64,000 bases of DNA from an uncultured Actinomycetota bacterium (GCA_963761205.1 CAVXFX010000007.1:64726-128725), one strand, 5' to 3'; shown: positions 46,688 to 55,454, counted from the stretch's first letter. The notes: generated by a model from the sequence alone, not told the origin. Made by a program: numbers and translations.

Positions 46688-47410
46688 ATGCCCTCGAACC
46701 CGCGCACCGGCACGGCGGCACCGATCGAGGATCCGCCGAGCGAGCTCACCGAGCCTGCTGCTCCAGGCGTCCAGAACCCTCCCATGACCCCGGCCCCCCC
46801 TGCCGGACCCGAGGAGCCCGACACCGGGCCGGCCGGTGGTCCCGGCGGTGGACCCGTCGGGGATCCGGGCGGCGGTCCAGGCGGAGGTCCGGGTGGCGGC
46901 CCGAGTGGTAGCCCGGGCGACGCCGGTGGCGGCGGGACTCCCGACCCGGGGACCGGTGGTGGCGGCACGGGAACCCCCGGCACGACCACGGGCTCCGGCG
47001 GTCCGGCCGTCGACGACGCAGTGGCCACCAGCCTCGCGGCCAGCCTGCTCGACCTGGTCACCGAGGCCAACTCCCCCGAGGCGCTCGAGGCGCAGCGGAT
47101 CATCCTGCGGCGGATCGCGTTGCAGGGCGACGTCGTCCCGTCGCGTGTGCCGGCCCCGCGCAACATCACCGAGATCGGCGGCTACCTGAACCTGCTGGAG
47201 ACCCTGGGCCAGGGCGGCATGGAGCTCCAGACCCTCGCCGGCATCCTCGGCATCGCGGCGGCCGGCAGCCCGGAGGGACTGCTGAGCGCGGCACCGGTGC
47301 TCTCGCTCACACCGGTGCCGAACGACCGGCCAGTGGGGCCGGGGCAGCGTCGCTGCCGGTCTCGGTCACCGTGCGCAGTGACTTCGCCGCGGCGCTGCTC
47401 GCCGCGCTGA
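46688..47410 (+). CDS. Gly/Pro-rich N-terminal protein; probably the 5' part of a frame-shifted ~500-aa gene
   Basis: ATG 4 nt after the upstream stop, with GGAGGGA inside the upstream gene end. The last ~22 codons are Arg/Cys-rich junk ('QRRCRSRSPCAVTSPRRCSPR'). Confidence 0.6.
   Translation: MPSNPRTGTAAPIEDPPSELTEPAAPGVQNPPMTPAPPAGPEEPDTGPAGGPGGGPVGDPGGGPGGGPGGGPSGSPGDAGGGGTPDPGTGGGGTGTPGTTTGSGGPAVDDAVATSLAASLLDLVTEANSPEALEAQRIILRRIALQGDVVPSRVPAPRNITEIGGYLNLLETLGQGGMELQTLAGILGIAAAGSPEGLLSAAPVLSLTPVPNDRPVGPGQRRCRSRSPCAVTSPRRCSPR
46826..47003 (+). repeat. low-complexity coding repeat (GGGP/GGGT-like)
   Basis: It encodes GPAGGPGGGPVGDPGGGPGGGPGGGPSGSPGDAGGGGTPDPGTGGGGTGTPGTTTGSGGP. Confidence 0.9.
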
Positions 47411-48189
47411 CCGCCGTCCGGGCTGCCGGCGCGGTCGTGCCGATGCTCGGGGCGCCCCCGTCACTGCCGGTGCGTGGGATTGCGGCCCCCACGCGACCCG
47501 ACGCGCTGCCCTATCTCGGTCGCACGCTCACGCTCGCGTCGTCGTACGCCACCACCTCCCCGGTCGACGACGTACTGCTCCTGGCTCGCGACCAGGGCTC
47601 GTCCGGACCCTTCCGGGTGGCGGCCCGGACAGCGACCGGTGGCGTAGGCACTAACGTCGAGGCATTGCTGTGCACCGGCCAGATGTGCACACCTGTGGAC
47701 GTCAACGGCGCGTCCCTGATCTACCTGGACGGACCCCTCGGTGCTGCCGGCTTCTACGGCGCCGACCCGCTCCCGACCCCGACGTCGTCGAGCGATACGT
47801 CGTGGGCGCGGCTGACCAACGTGACCGGACTGGTCGCCGGACAGACCCGGCTGGGAGACGAGCTGGCGCTGCTCTACTCCTGGGAGGCCATCCACGCGAG
47901 CGTCTTCCACGACGCCCTCGACCTGGTGTGGGACGGCTCCGGCTTCGCCGCAGCCTCGGCTGGCGGACCCGGTGGCGGACCCGGCGGTGGTCCCGGCGGT
48001 GGTCCCGGTGGCGGTCCCGGTGGCGGTCCCGGCGGTGGTCCCGGCGGTGGACCCGGCGGTGGACCCGGCGGTGGACCCGGTGGCGGTCCCGGCGGCGGTC
48101 CCGGCGGCGGTCCCGGCGGCGGACCCGGCGGCGGACCCGGCGGCGGACCTCAGCCCGCTCCCCCGTCCGGTCCGGACCAGCCCGGCTGA
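47371..48189 (+). CDS. protein ending in (GGGP)x16; probably the 3' part of the same frame-shifted gene
   Basis: The GTG 47371 start has no convincing SD. This frame is already open and protein-like from about 47341 ('GAASLPVSVT'). Confidence 0.6.
   Translation: MRSDFAAALLAALTAVRAAGAVVPMLGAPPSLPVRGIAAPTRPDALPYLGRTLTLASSYATTSPVDDVLLLARDQGSSGPFRVAARTATGGVGTNVEALLCTGQMCTPVDVNGASLIYLDGPLGAAGFYGADPLPTPTSSSDTSWARLTNVTGLVAGQTRLGDELALLYSWEAIHASVFHDALDLVWDGSGFAAASAGGPGGGPGGGPGGGPGGGPGGGPGGGPGGGPGGGPGGGPGGGPGGGPGGGPGGGPGGGPGGGPQPAPPSGPDQPG
47959..48150 (+). repeat. tandem 12-nt repeat, 16 units, encoding (G/A)GGP
   Basis: Counted directly. One AGGP unit is followed by 15 GGGP units in five synonymous variants, arranged in runs of 2-3 identical units. 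Confidence 0.95.
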
Positions 48190-48333
48190 GCGCCGCTGGC
48201 CACCGTGCTGGCCCGGGCGATCGTGCGCCCGAGCGGGCGTTTGCTTGCCTCGGCGCGCCATCAGGTGCACGCTGGACGAAGCGGTCACTTCGCCTCCTCC
48301 GGTGACTGCAACCGGCGGAGACAGGAGGCGGCG

Positions 48334-49065
48334 ATGGGCGGCGTGCACCACCAGGACAGGGCCTGGCAGTTGCAGTTGCTGAACGGCTGGGAGCTCCGAA
48401 GCCTCGGCGAACCGTTGCATGCCCCGGTGCGGATGCAGCGACTGGTCGCCTTCCTGGCCCTGCAGGGCAGCCGGCCACGTGGGCTGGTCGCTGCCGAGTT
48501 GTGGCCCGACAGCAATGAGGCGCACGCACGGTCCAACCTGCGCACCACCGTCGTCCACGTGCACCGGGTGGCGCCGGGGCTGCTCATGCCGGAGCGCGAC
48601 CCCCTGGCCCTCAGCGCCCACGTCGGGGTCGACGTGGCCGCCCTCCGCGTGGCGTTGTCGGAGCCCTCCGACGTGTCTGGCTCAGACCTGACCCGCGCGC
48701 TCCTGGACACCGGCGAACTGCTGCCCGGCTGGTACGACGACTGGGTGCTGTCCGACCGGGAGCGGCTCCGCCAGCGGAGGATCAACCTGCTCGACCGGTT
48801 GTCCGGCCAGCTGCTGGACGAGGGGAACCTGCCCCTGGCGAGCGCAGCCGCCCTGACGTGCGTCGCGCTGGAGCCCTTGCGCGAGAGCCCGCACCGCACC
48901 CTCGTCCGCATCCATCTGACCCAGGGTGATCGCGTCGAGGCGTTCCGGGTCTACCAGGGGTTCCGTCGGCGCAGCATCGCCGAGTTCGGGCTGGCCCCCG
49001 ACACCGCCTTCCAGCACCTGATGGAGCCTCTACTGGACGAGCGACGGCGGCGGCTGACGCACTGA
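48334..49065 (+). CDS. SARP-family (AfsR/DnrI/RedD-type) transcriptional activator
   Basis: ATG after AGGAGG. OmpR-type wHTH ('RMQRLVAFLALQG...RSNLRTTVVHVHR') plus a BTAD domain ('LEPLRESPHRTLVRIHLTQGDRVEAFRVYQGFRRRSIAEFGLAP'). Confidence 0.85.
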   Translation: MGGVHHQDRAWQLQLLNGWELRSLGEPLHAPVRMQRLVAFLALQGSRPRGLVAAELWPDSNEAHARSNLRTTVVHVHRVAPGLLMPERDPLALSAHVGVDVAALRVALSEPSDVSGSDLTRALLDTGELLPGWYDDWVLSDRERLRQRRINLLDRLSGQLLDEGNLPLASAAALTCVALEPLRESPHRTLVRIHLTQGDRVEAFRVYQGFRRRSIAEFGLAPDTAFQHLMEPLLDERRRRLTH

Positions 49066-49099
49066 GCGAGACGATGCGTTGGCCTCCCGCCCCGTCGGC

Positions 49100-50728
49100 T
49101 CAGGTGAGCCCCTGGTCGAAGGCGTACGCCGCAGCGGCGGTCCTGGACGGGACGTCCAGCTTGGTGAAGATGTTGCTCAGGTGCCGTGCGACCGTCTTGT
49201 CGCTGAGGAACAGGGCAGCGGCGATCTCCGGGTTGGACATGCCGGAGGCCACCAGCCGGAGCACCTCGGCCTCGCGGGCAGTGAGGCCACCAGGCAGGTT
49301 GCCCGGGGCGAGCAGCCGGTCCGCCTCGTGGGCGTCCGGAGTGGCCCCGAGCGCCGCGAGCGCCTCGGCCGCGGCCGCCAGCTCGGTGACCGCGGACTGC
49401 TCGTCGCCCAGACCGCGCAGCGCGCGACCCACGAGGACCTGAGTCCGCGCGGTCTCGTAGGGGCAGCCCAGCTCCCGCCATCGGTGCAGCGCCGCGCGCA
49501 GCGGTTCCAGTGCGTCCTCGGGTCGGCCCTCGGCGAGGGCCAGCGCCCCGACGGCGTACCCGGCCATCGCCCTGAGCGAGCTCGAGTCGAAGGCGTCCCC
49601 GACGGCGTCCAGCTCCGCGACCAGCGGACGCGCGGCAGCGAGGTCGTTGCCGGCGAGGAGCACGTCGATCGCACCGGACAGCAGCTGCGAGCGATGGATC
49701 GGGTCCAGCGGCTCGCCGAGCGCCCGGTGTACGGCGGCACAGGCCGCGTCGGTGCGACCGCGAGCGAGGGACAGCAGTGCCTGAGCGGGCTGGGGGTCGT
49801 GGCCGAAGCCGACCGCCTGTCGGAAGGCCTCCTCCGACGAGGCGTACTCACCGCGGATGCGAAGCAGGTCGCCCTTCTCGGCGCGGGCGAGCCCCGCGGC
49901 GGCCGGGGTTCCGGCCGAGACGTAGCGTGCGACGGCATCGTCGAGCTCGGCGATGGCCTGCTCAAAAGCACCCCGGACGCGCATCACCTGAGCACGGTGG
50001 ACAGCGCACTGGCCGGTGAACGGCACCAGCCCGACCTGGGCGCCGCACCAGGTGGTCAGCGCCGTCGTCCACTGCGCCACCCTGCCGAAGTCCGAGATCT
50101 CCTGGCAGGCCTCGACCAGTGAGCAGTACGTGTGCCCGGCGAAGATCGGCGACACCTCGCCCGTGGAGACGCCGACCATCGCCTCGTCGAGCAGCCGCAC
50201 GCCCTCGGGTACCCGACCCAGGTAGAGCAGGCATCGGCCCTGGGCCATCAGGCCGGCGGCGAGCAGGTCGCCGTCCCCGAAACGCCTGCCGTACGACGTG
50301 AGGGAGGTGGCCTCGTCGAGCCCGGTGACCGGGTCGCCGTCGAGGACGTGCCGGAGCATCCGGAAGAACAGGATGTATCCGTGCTCGACGGTGTCCTCCT
50401 CGAGCGTCTCCAGCAGCCGGTCGGCCCGGGAGATCCAGCCACTCGCGACGGCAAGCTCCCGGCGGTCCATCAGCGTCATGGCCAGCCAGAAGGCACACCG
50501 GACGGCGGCCGGCCGGTTGCCCGCGTCGAGGTGGGCCTGGTGTGCCCGCTGGAGGGCCTGGATGCAGTCGTTGTGGCGGCCGACGAGGAAGGCAGCGGTG
50601 GCGAGGTCGGCGAAGTCGGCGGCCAGGAGCGCATCGCTCCCGGCTGCCGAGAGACCTTCGTAGGCCGCCACCCAGTCACGGCGGTCAAAGGCCTCGCGCG
50701 CCCGCTGCAGCTCCTCGACGACATCCAC
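49100..50728 (-). CDS. LuxR-family regulator with an N-terminal TPR-like helical domain
   Basis: C-terminal '[43 protein letters not shown]'. Confidence 0.85.
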   Translation of the reverse strand: MDVVEELQRAREAFDRRDWVAAYEGLSAAGSDALLAADFADLATAAFLVGRHNDCIQALQRAHQAHLDAGNRPAAVRCAFWLAMTLMDRRELAVASGWISRADRLLETLEEDTVEHGYILFFRMLRHVLDGDPVTGLDEATSLTSYGRRFGDGDLLAAGLMAQGRCLLYLGRVPEGVRLLDEAMVGVSTGEVSPIFAGHTYCSLVEACQEISDFGRVAQWTTALTTWCGAQVGLVPFTGQCAVHRAQVMRVRGAFEQAIAELDDAVARYVSAGTPAAAGLARAEKGDLLRIRGEYASSEEAFRQAVGFGHDPQPAQALLSLARGRTDAACAAVHRALGEPLDPIHRSQLLSGAIDVLLAGNDLAAARPLVAELDAVGDAFDSSSLRAMAGYAVGALALAEGRPEDALEPLRAALHRWRELGCPYETARTQVLVGRALRGLGDEQSAVTELAAAAEALAALGATPDAHEADRLLAPGNLPGGLTAREAEVLRLVASGMSNPEIAAALFLSDKTVARHLSNIFTKLDVPSRTAAAAYAFDQGLT

Positions 50729-50734
50729 CCAGAC

Positions 50735-51838
50735 TCACCTCGCAGCGAGCATAGGACGCCTGGCGGCGCGGGCGCAGATCCTCCGGGACAGGTACTCCGC
50801 GTCCCGGCCGATGCCGGGGAAGACCATCGAGCTGAAGGCGAACTGGAACGCGAGGCCACAGAAGTAGAGCCCGGGCACCGCGTCGACCACGCCGCGCATC
50901 TCCTCGGGCCAGCCGTCCGCGCCGACCACGGGCAGCTTGATCCAGTCGAAGACCTGGCGAAAGCCAGTGGCCCAGACCACGTTGGTGACCGGCACGACGG
51001 TGCCGTCGTCGAGCAGTGGCAGGCCGTCCTGGACCCCGACCATGCGGGTGGTGTGCCGCTCGACGCCCCGCTCCTCGAGGTCCTCGCGGTGGACCCGGAT
51101 CATCGGCCCACCATGCGCGCGCACCGCGCGGAACTCCTTGCGCCCGATCGGGGTCCGCCGGGTGAGGATGTGGCGCCAGGCGAAGACGACCAGCGGGAAG
51201 ATGAGCTTCGCCCGTTGCTGCTCGGGCCGGAACGGCAGCTGGCCCGGGTCGCGCCCGCACAGCGTGACCGGGTGGGTCTGCGCAGCCTCGTAGGCGATGT
51301 CCGTTCCGGAGTGCGAGGCCCCCACCACCAGGACCGGTCCGGGCTGCAGCTCGTCGGGGCGGTGGTACTCGCTGGAGTGCAGTTGGCGGATGCTCGGGTC
51401 GAGCTGACGGGCGAAGTCCGGAATGCTCGGCGCCTGCCCGAAGGTCCCCGTGGCCACGACCACGTTGTCGCAGGTGATCGAGTCGCTGCCGATGTGCAGC
51501 TCGAAGCCACCGTCGTGCCGCTGTTCCAGCGTGTCCACCCGGGTGCTCATCCGCACCGGCAGGTCGAACTTCAGCGCGTAGCTCTCGAGGAATGCGGCGA
51601 CCTCGTCCTTCTGCGGGAACGACCAGGGGTCGGCCGGGAAGGGCATCCCCGGGAGGCCGTCGTACTTCGCCGGGCTGTAGAGCCGCAGGGTGTCCCAGTG
51701 CCGGCGCCAGTTGTCGCCGATCCGGGCGTTGGAGTCCAGGACCACGCACGCGCGGCCCTGGTCCTTCAGGTGGTACGCCGTGGAAAGGCCGGCCTGGCCG
51801 GCTCCGATGATCACGGTCTCGATGTGTTCGGTGGACAT
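50735..51838 (-). CDS. flavin-containing monooxygenase / NAD(P)/FAD-dependent oxidoreductase (CzcO-like)
   Basis: 'VIIGAGQAGLS' (FAD), 'VVGASHSGTDIA' (NADPH) and 'ATGF'. Its stop is 6 nt from the LuxR start. Confidence 0.88.
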   Translation of the reverse strand: MSTEHIETVIIGAGQAGLSTAYHLKDQGRACVVLDSNARIGDNWRRHWDTLRLYSPAKYDGLPGMPFPADPWSFPQKDEVAAFLESYALKFDLPVRMSTRVDTLEQRHDGGFELHIGSDSITCDNVVVATGTFGQAPSIPDFARQLDPSIRQLHSSEYHRPDELQPGPVLVVGASHSGTDIAYEAAQTHPVTLCGRDPGQLPFRPEQQRAKLIFPLVVFAWRHILTRRTPIGRKEFRAVRAHGGPMIRVHREDLEERGVERHTTRMVGVQDGLPLLDDGTVVPVTNVVWATGFRQVFDWIKLPVVGADGWPEEMRGVVDAVPGLYFCGLAFQFAFSSMVFPGIGRDAEYLSRRICARAARRPMLAAR

Positions 51839-51982
51839 GGCTTCCTCCTGGTGTCGGGTGATGCTCCGACGCTAGGAAGAGCACGGCGTTCACCGCATCG
51901 GGCAGGATGCCCAACCGGTTCCGGGCAGATGGGTGGGTTGACCCATTGAGCGTCCCAGGTGCCGCCAGGGGGACGCCGAGGC

Positions 51983-54160
51983 TTAGGTCGACTGCTCCTT
52001 CTCGCCGTCCGGGCCGAAGTCCGACCTGGGGTCGACGACGCGGAAGGTGAGGTTCGTTCGAGCGGATCTGCCCACGGCAAGCTCGACGGTGTGCTCGCCG
52101 GGCTCCGGTGTGCCGAGCCACAGGTCGAGCCCGCGTCCCACCTCGTCACCGTCGAGCAGCCACCGTGCGGTCTCCTCGTCCTCGAGTGGCGAGCCGTCCT
52201 GCCGGATGGCCGCACCCCAGAGTCGCAGCGGGCCCCCGGCAAGCAGCATCTCCCCCTCCTTGGGCGCGTGGATGGCGACCTCAGGTGGGCGCTCCGGAAC
52301 CTTGACGGCGACAGGTCGGGACGCCGCTGTCTCGAAGCCGTCATGGAGCAGGGCGCGCACCAGCACCGACCCGGGCGGCAGCCCAGCGGAGTCCACGACC
52401 GCCTCCCGCTCGTGGATGCCCGTCGCCAGGCCGTGCCAGCTCGCACCCTTGTCGTCCGACCACTGCAGCCAGACCTCGCTCGGCTCCTCGAGGTCAGCGT
52501 CTCCGGTCCACGACACCCGCAGCGTCTGGTCGCGACGGAGCATCGCAGCGACCTTGCCGATCTTGGGACGCCTGGCCCCTGGTCCCCGCTGCCACACGGC
52601 CTCCTCGCCCGAGGAGATCCGGAGCAGTGCCCCGCGTTCCGAGGTGGGGACGTACGCCTCGAACGCGTAGGGGTACGGCGAGTCGCCCTCGTGGTCGCCG
52701 CAGCCACAGTCCCCGTGGGTCCGCAGGCGCATCACGCCACCGCTGGCGATCACCCGGCCGTCGGCGTCGGTGAGCTCCGCAGTCAGGTCGGTCGCCTCTC
52801 CAGGGGGTGCTCCCATCGCGGCGACGCGAGCGACGCTGGTGACCTCGACGTCGCGCGCCGACCGCACGGTGCCGCTGATGGCGATCACGGGGTTGAGCAA
52901 CATGTCGAGCTGCTTCCAGGGTTCGGGTGGGTAGGGCAGGTCCCGCTGGACGGCGTACTCGCGGAACTCGAGCTTGTCCACCCATAGTGGCGTGTCACCG
53001 ACGAACTCGGGAGCGAGACGGGCGTGGTTGATCAGCCGGTCGTGCTGGTAGAGCGACATCCACTGCGGGAAGCAGTAGGACATGTAGTCGGACGTGGTGG
53101 CCGGCGACAGGACCGCTCCGTTGGAGATGTTGAGCCCGTACTCGCCGATGGATGCCGACGGGTAGGGCTCGTACGTCGGGTAGTTCGGGTCGCTGGCCCC
53201 CGTGTTGCCGCAGGGGGTGTGCTGGAAGCCGTAGCCGTGACCGATCTCGTGGACGAAGGTGCCCTGGTCCCCGTTCCTCCCCGCGCCCAGACCGCCGACT
53301 CCACAGCCCGGGACCCCCAGCGGGATGGCGGCGGGCAGCAGACCGTAGTAGACGACGTCGCCGCGGTTCCCGTCGTTGGTCCGGGTCGTCGTCAGCCGGG
53401 TGAGCAGTGAGTTCCAGTTGTTCGAGCAGCCGCCGGCACCGGTCCGGGGGTCGTCGAGGGGGAGGTTCCACGCCACGGTCCCCGCCGACGTGAACCACCC
53501 CGTGGACTGCACCGGCATCATCAGCAGCGCGCGGGCCGCGGTGGCCTGCGCGTCGGCGAGGGTCGGAGCGGCCAGCGTGATGGTCGGCGGCGGCGGGGTG
53601 CTCGCGACCGAGGTGCTCGGCCCGTTGTAGCTGACGAGGATCGCCCGCAGCCGCAGGGTCTGGCGGAGCGACGCGTCGATGACGAGGGTGCGGGAGTGGT
53701 ACTCGGTGCCGGAGGTGGCATGCCGCAACTTGACGGTCAGGCGCAGGGTGCCGGTGAACTGGGCTGCGGGGATCACGAAGTTGAGGGTCTCGGTGGTGCT
53801 GGAGCGCTCCTGGACGTAGGTCTCCGTGCTCGACGCGGACAGCACCCCCGAGCCCGTCGGAGCGAGGGTCGCGACCGGGAACCACAGGAACCCGAAGGCC
53901 CGACGCTCGATCTTCAACGACGCGGTGACCGGGGTCTCGCGGAAGCTCTGGGCGTAGACGCGCACCCAGGCCGGCTTGTCGGCCACCAGTCGCGCCGAGT
54001 TGTCGGCGCGACGATCGGCAGGGTCGGTGAGGTGCTGGGCGGACTGGTAGTACTGGATGGCTTGGGTGACCTCGACCCCCGAGATCCACGTCCATCGAAA
54101 CGGAAACCAGTCGCGCACCATCTTCTGGATGTCGACGACGTCAAAGGGGAACTCGCTCAT
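51983..54160 (-). CDS. metzincin-type zinc metalloprotease (M43/ulilysin-like core) with a long C-terminal beta-rich region; no signal peptide
   Basis: 'HEIGHGYGFQH' (nt 53219-53251) matches HEXXHXXGXXH. A 'SDYMSYC' Met-turn candidate lies ~50 aa downstream. ATG 54160 is preferred over GTG 54169. Confidence 0.75.
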   Translation of the reverse strand: MSEFPFDVVDIQKMVRDWFPFRWTWISGVEVTQAIQYYQSAQHLTDPADRRADNSARLVADKPAWVRVYAQSFRETPVTASLKIERRAFGFLWFPVATLAPTGSGVLSASSTETYVQERSSTTETLNFVIPAAQFTGTLRLTVKLRHATSGTEYHSRTLVIDASLRQTLRLRAILVSYNGPSTSVASTPPPPTITLAAPTLADAQATAARALLMMPVQSTGWFTSAGTVAWNLPLDDPRTGAGGCSNNWNSLLTRLTTTRTNDGNRGDVVYYGLLPAAIPLGVPGCGVGGLGAGRNGDQGTFVHEIGHGYGFQHTPCGNTGASDPNYPTYEPYPSASIGEYGLNISNGAVLSPATTSDYMSYCFPQWMSLYQHDRLINHARLAPEFVGDTPLWVDKLEFREYAVQRDLPYPPEPWKQLDMLLNPVIAISGTVRSARDVEVTSVARVAAMGAPPGEATDLTAELTDADGRVIASGGVMRLRTHGDCGCGDHEGDSPYPYAFEAYVPTSERGALLRISSGEEAVWQRGPGARRPKIGKVAAMLRRDQTLRVSWTGDADLEEPSEVWLQWSDDKGASWHGLATGIHEREAVVDSAGLPPGSVLVRALLHDGFETAASRPVAVKVPERPPEVAIHAPKEGEMLLAGGPLRLWGAAIRQDGSPLEDEETARWLLDGDEVGRGLDLWLGTPEPGEHTVELAVGRSARTNLTFRVVDPRSDFGPDGEKEQST

Positions 54161-54363
54161 GGGGGGCACTCCATTCAGATCCGGTATGGACGATCACCAC
54201 GTCGCCGGTGTGCAGGCTGGCGCCGCGGTCGATGCCGAGACCCCGACAGCCGAGCCGCGAGGTCGGCCGGAAGGAGGTCGGTGACGCCCGTGCTGCGTTG
54301 GGTGTCGCGAGAGATCCGACATACCGTCGCCTTGCCCGTCGTGCCGAAGCGGGCGATTCGACG

Positions 54364-54801
54364 CTACTCCCGGAGTAGTTGGTTGTCCCTCGTGGTCTGG
54401 ACCGCCGTACGCAGTCGGGGCAGGACCCCTGCCGACACGAGGCCCTGGAAGCCATCCACCAGGTCGGTCGCTTGCGCCAACCCCAGGGATTGCAGCGAAA
54501 CCGCGGCCAGTGTCGAGCTGTACCCCTGGTTGCACACCACGATGACTCGGCTCCGCGCAGTCACCTGGGGGAGCCGATGCGGGGAGGTGGGGTCCAGCCG
54601 CCACTCAAGGACGTTGCGGTCGACGACGACCGCCCCGGGCAGCTCACCGTCGCGACTGCGCTGCTCCACCGGCCGGGTGTCGATCACCAGGGCGCCGCGA
54701 TCCATCTCCTCGGGGAGGTCGTCCGGGTGCACCCGCGCGTAGTGGCTGCGCAGGTCCGCGATCCGCGCCGCTACGGCGCACTCATCGAGCTCTGTGCCCA
54801 T
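54364..54801 (-). CDS. rhodanese-like domain protein
   Basis: 'VVCNQGYSSTLAAVSLQSLG' active-site loop region. Confidence 0.75.
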   Translation of the reverse strand: MGTELDECAVAARIADLRSHYARVHPDDLPEEMDRGALVIDTRPVEQRSRDGELPGAVVVDRNVLEWRLDPTSPHRLPQVTARSRVIVVCNQGYSSTLAAVSLQSLGLAQATDLVDGFQGLVSAGVLPRLRTAVQTTRDNQLLRE

Positions 54802-54913
54802 GGTCCGGCCCCCTGTCTCAGACCGCCCCCGAGACCGCGGTGGTGTGGGCGCCGTGCTCCATGCGCCCAGTCTCGATGTTAGGGCCTGGACTGGCGGCGC
54901 GGCATCGCTCGCC

Positions 54914-55387
54914 TCAGCGCCCGGTCATCAGGCCGTCGGGGTCCAGCTTCCCCAACAGAGCTCCGGCGACCTCACCGAGCTGGCTGATCTGTCTGGGAGT
55001 CAGGGCGTCGATGACATGGCGGCGCACGTTCTCGACGTGTCCCGGTGCGGCGGCGACGACGGCGGCCCACCCTTCCTCGGTGAGCCGGGCGTTGGTGGCA
55101 CGCCCGTCCTCTGGGCACGGGAACCGCTGCACGAGACCACGGTCCTCCAGCCGTCGTACGACGTGGGACAGCCGCGGGAGGGTGGCGTTGGTGCGCTGCG
55201 CCAGAGCGGTCATCCGCAAGGTGCGGTGGTCGGCCTCGGAGAGCATGGCCAGCACGAAGTACTCGAAGTGGGTCAGCCCGGCATCGCGGCGCAGCTGGGT
55301 GTCCAGCACCCCCGGTAGCAGCTCCACCACTGCGATCAGCTTCACCCAGGCATCCAGCTGCTGCTCGTCCAACCAGCGTGTGTCCAT
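54914..55387 (-). CDS. MarR-family transcriptional regulator
   Basis: ATG 55387. 'LTHFEYFVLAMLSEADHRTLRMTALAQRTNATLPRLSHVVRRLEDRGLV'. Confidence 0.88.
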   Translation of the reverse strand: MDTRWLDEQQLDAWVKLIAVVELLPGVLDTQLRRDAGLTHFEYFVLAMLSEADHRTLRMTALAQRTNATLPRLSHVVRRLEDRGLVQRFPCPEDGRATNARLTEEGWAAVVAAAPGHVENVRRHVIDALTPRQISQLGEVAGALLGKLDPDGLMTGR

Positions 55388-55404
55388 GGCCACAGAATAC
55401 GGCA

Positions 55405-55454
55405 TTACTTGACGGAACAACTAACTTGCTGTCATGGTTACTTGAACCAACAAC
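55405..55454. promoter_or_regulatory. two 17-nt direct repeats in the MarR/reductase divergent spacer (candidate operator)
   Basis: TTACTTGACGGAACAAC (55405-55421) and TTACTTGAACCAACAAC (55438-55454). They match at 14/17 positions and are offset by 33 nt. Confidence 0.4.

Noticed and set aside
42828-47169. Four long minus-strand ORFs (316, 545, 367 and 451 aa) antisense to the 1,262-aa gene.
   Set aside because: Their composition is dominated by Arg/Gly/Ala/Pro, they lack SD sequences, and they tile the opposite strand of a single well-formed plus-strand ORF. They are shadow ORFs.
47959-48150. Tandem repeat as a CRISPR array or minisatellite outside genes.
   Set aside because: The units are 12 nt with no spacers, and they are in frame within a CDS. 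No cas genes are in the window.
47461-48621. Minus-strand and alternative-frame ORFs through the 12-nt repeat (for example HRRDRRRD or WRSRRWSRR repeats).
   Set aside because: They are simply other-frame readings of the GGGP-coding repeat. The plus frame-1 reading is continuous with a protein-like N-terminal region.
54161-54363. Possible remnant of a degraded gene between the rhodanese gene and the metzincin (fragments such as 'GIDRGASLHTGDVVIVHTG' and 'ARFGTTGKATVCRISRDTQRSTG' in two minus-strand frames, vaguely MOSC-like).
   Set aside because: The fragments are about 20-30 aa, sit in different frames, and the similarity is from memory only. This is too weak to call a pseudogene, though it would fit an insertion boundary at about 54.2 kb.
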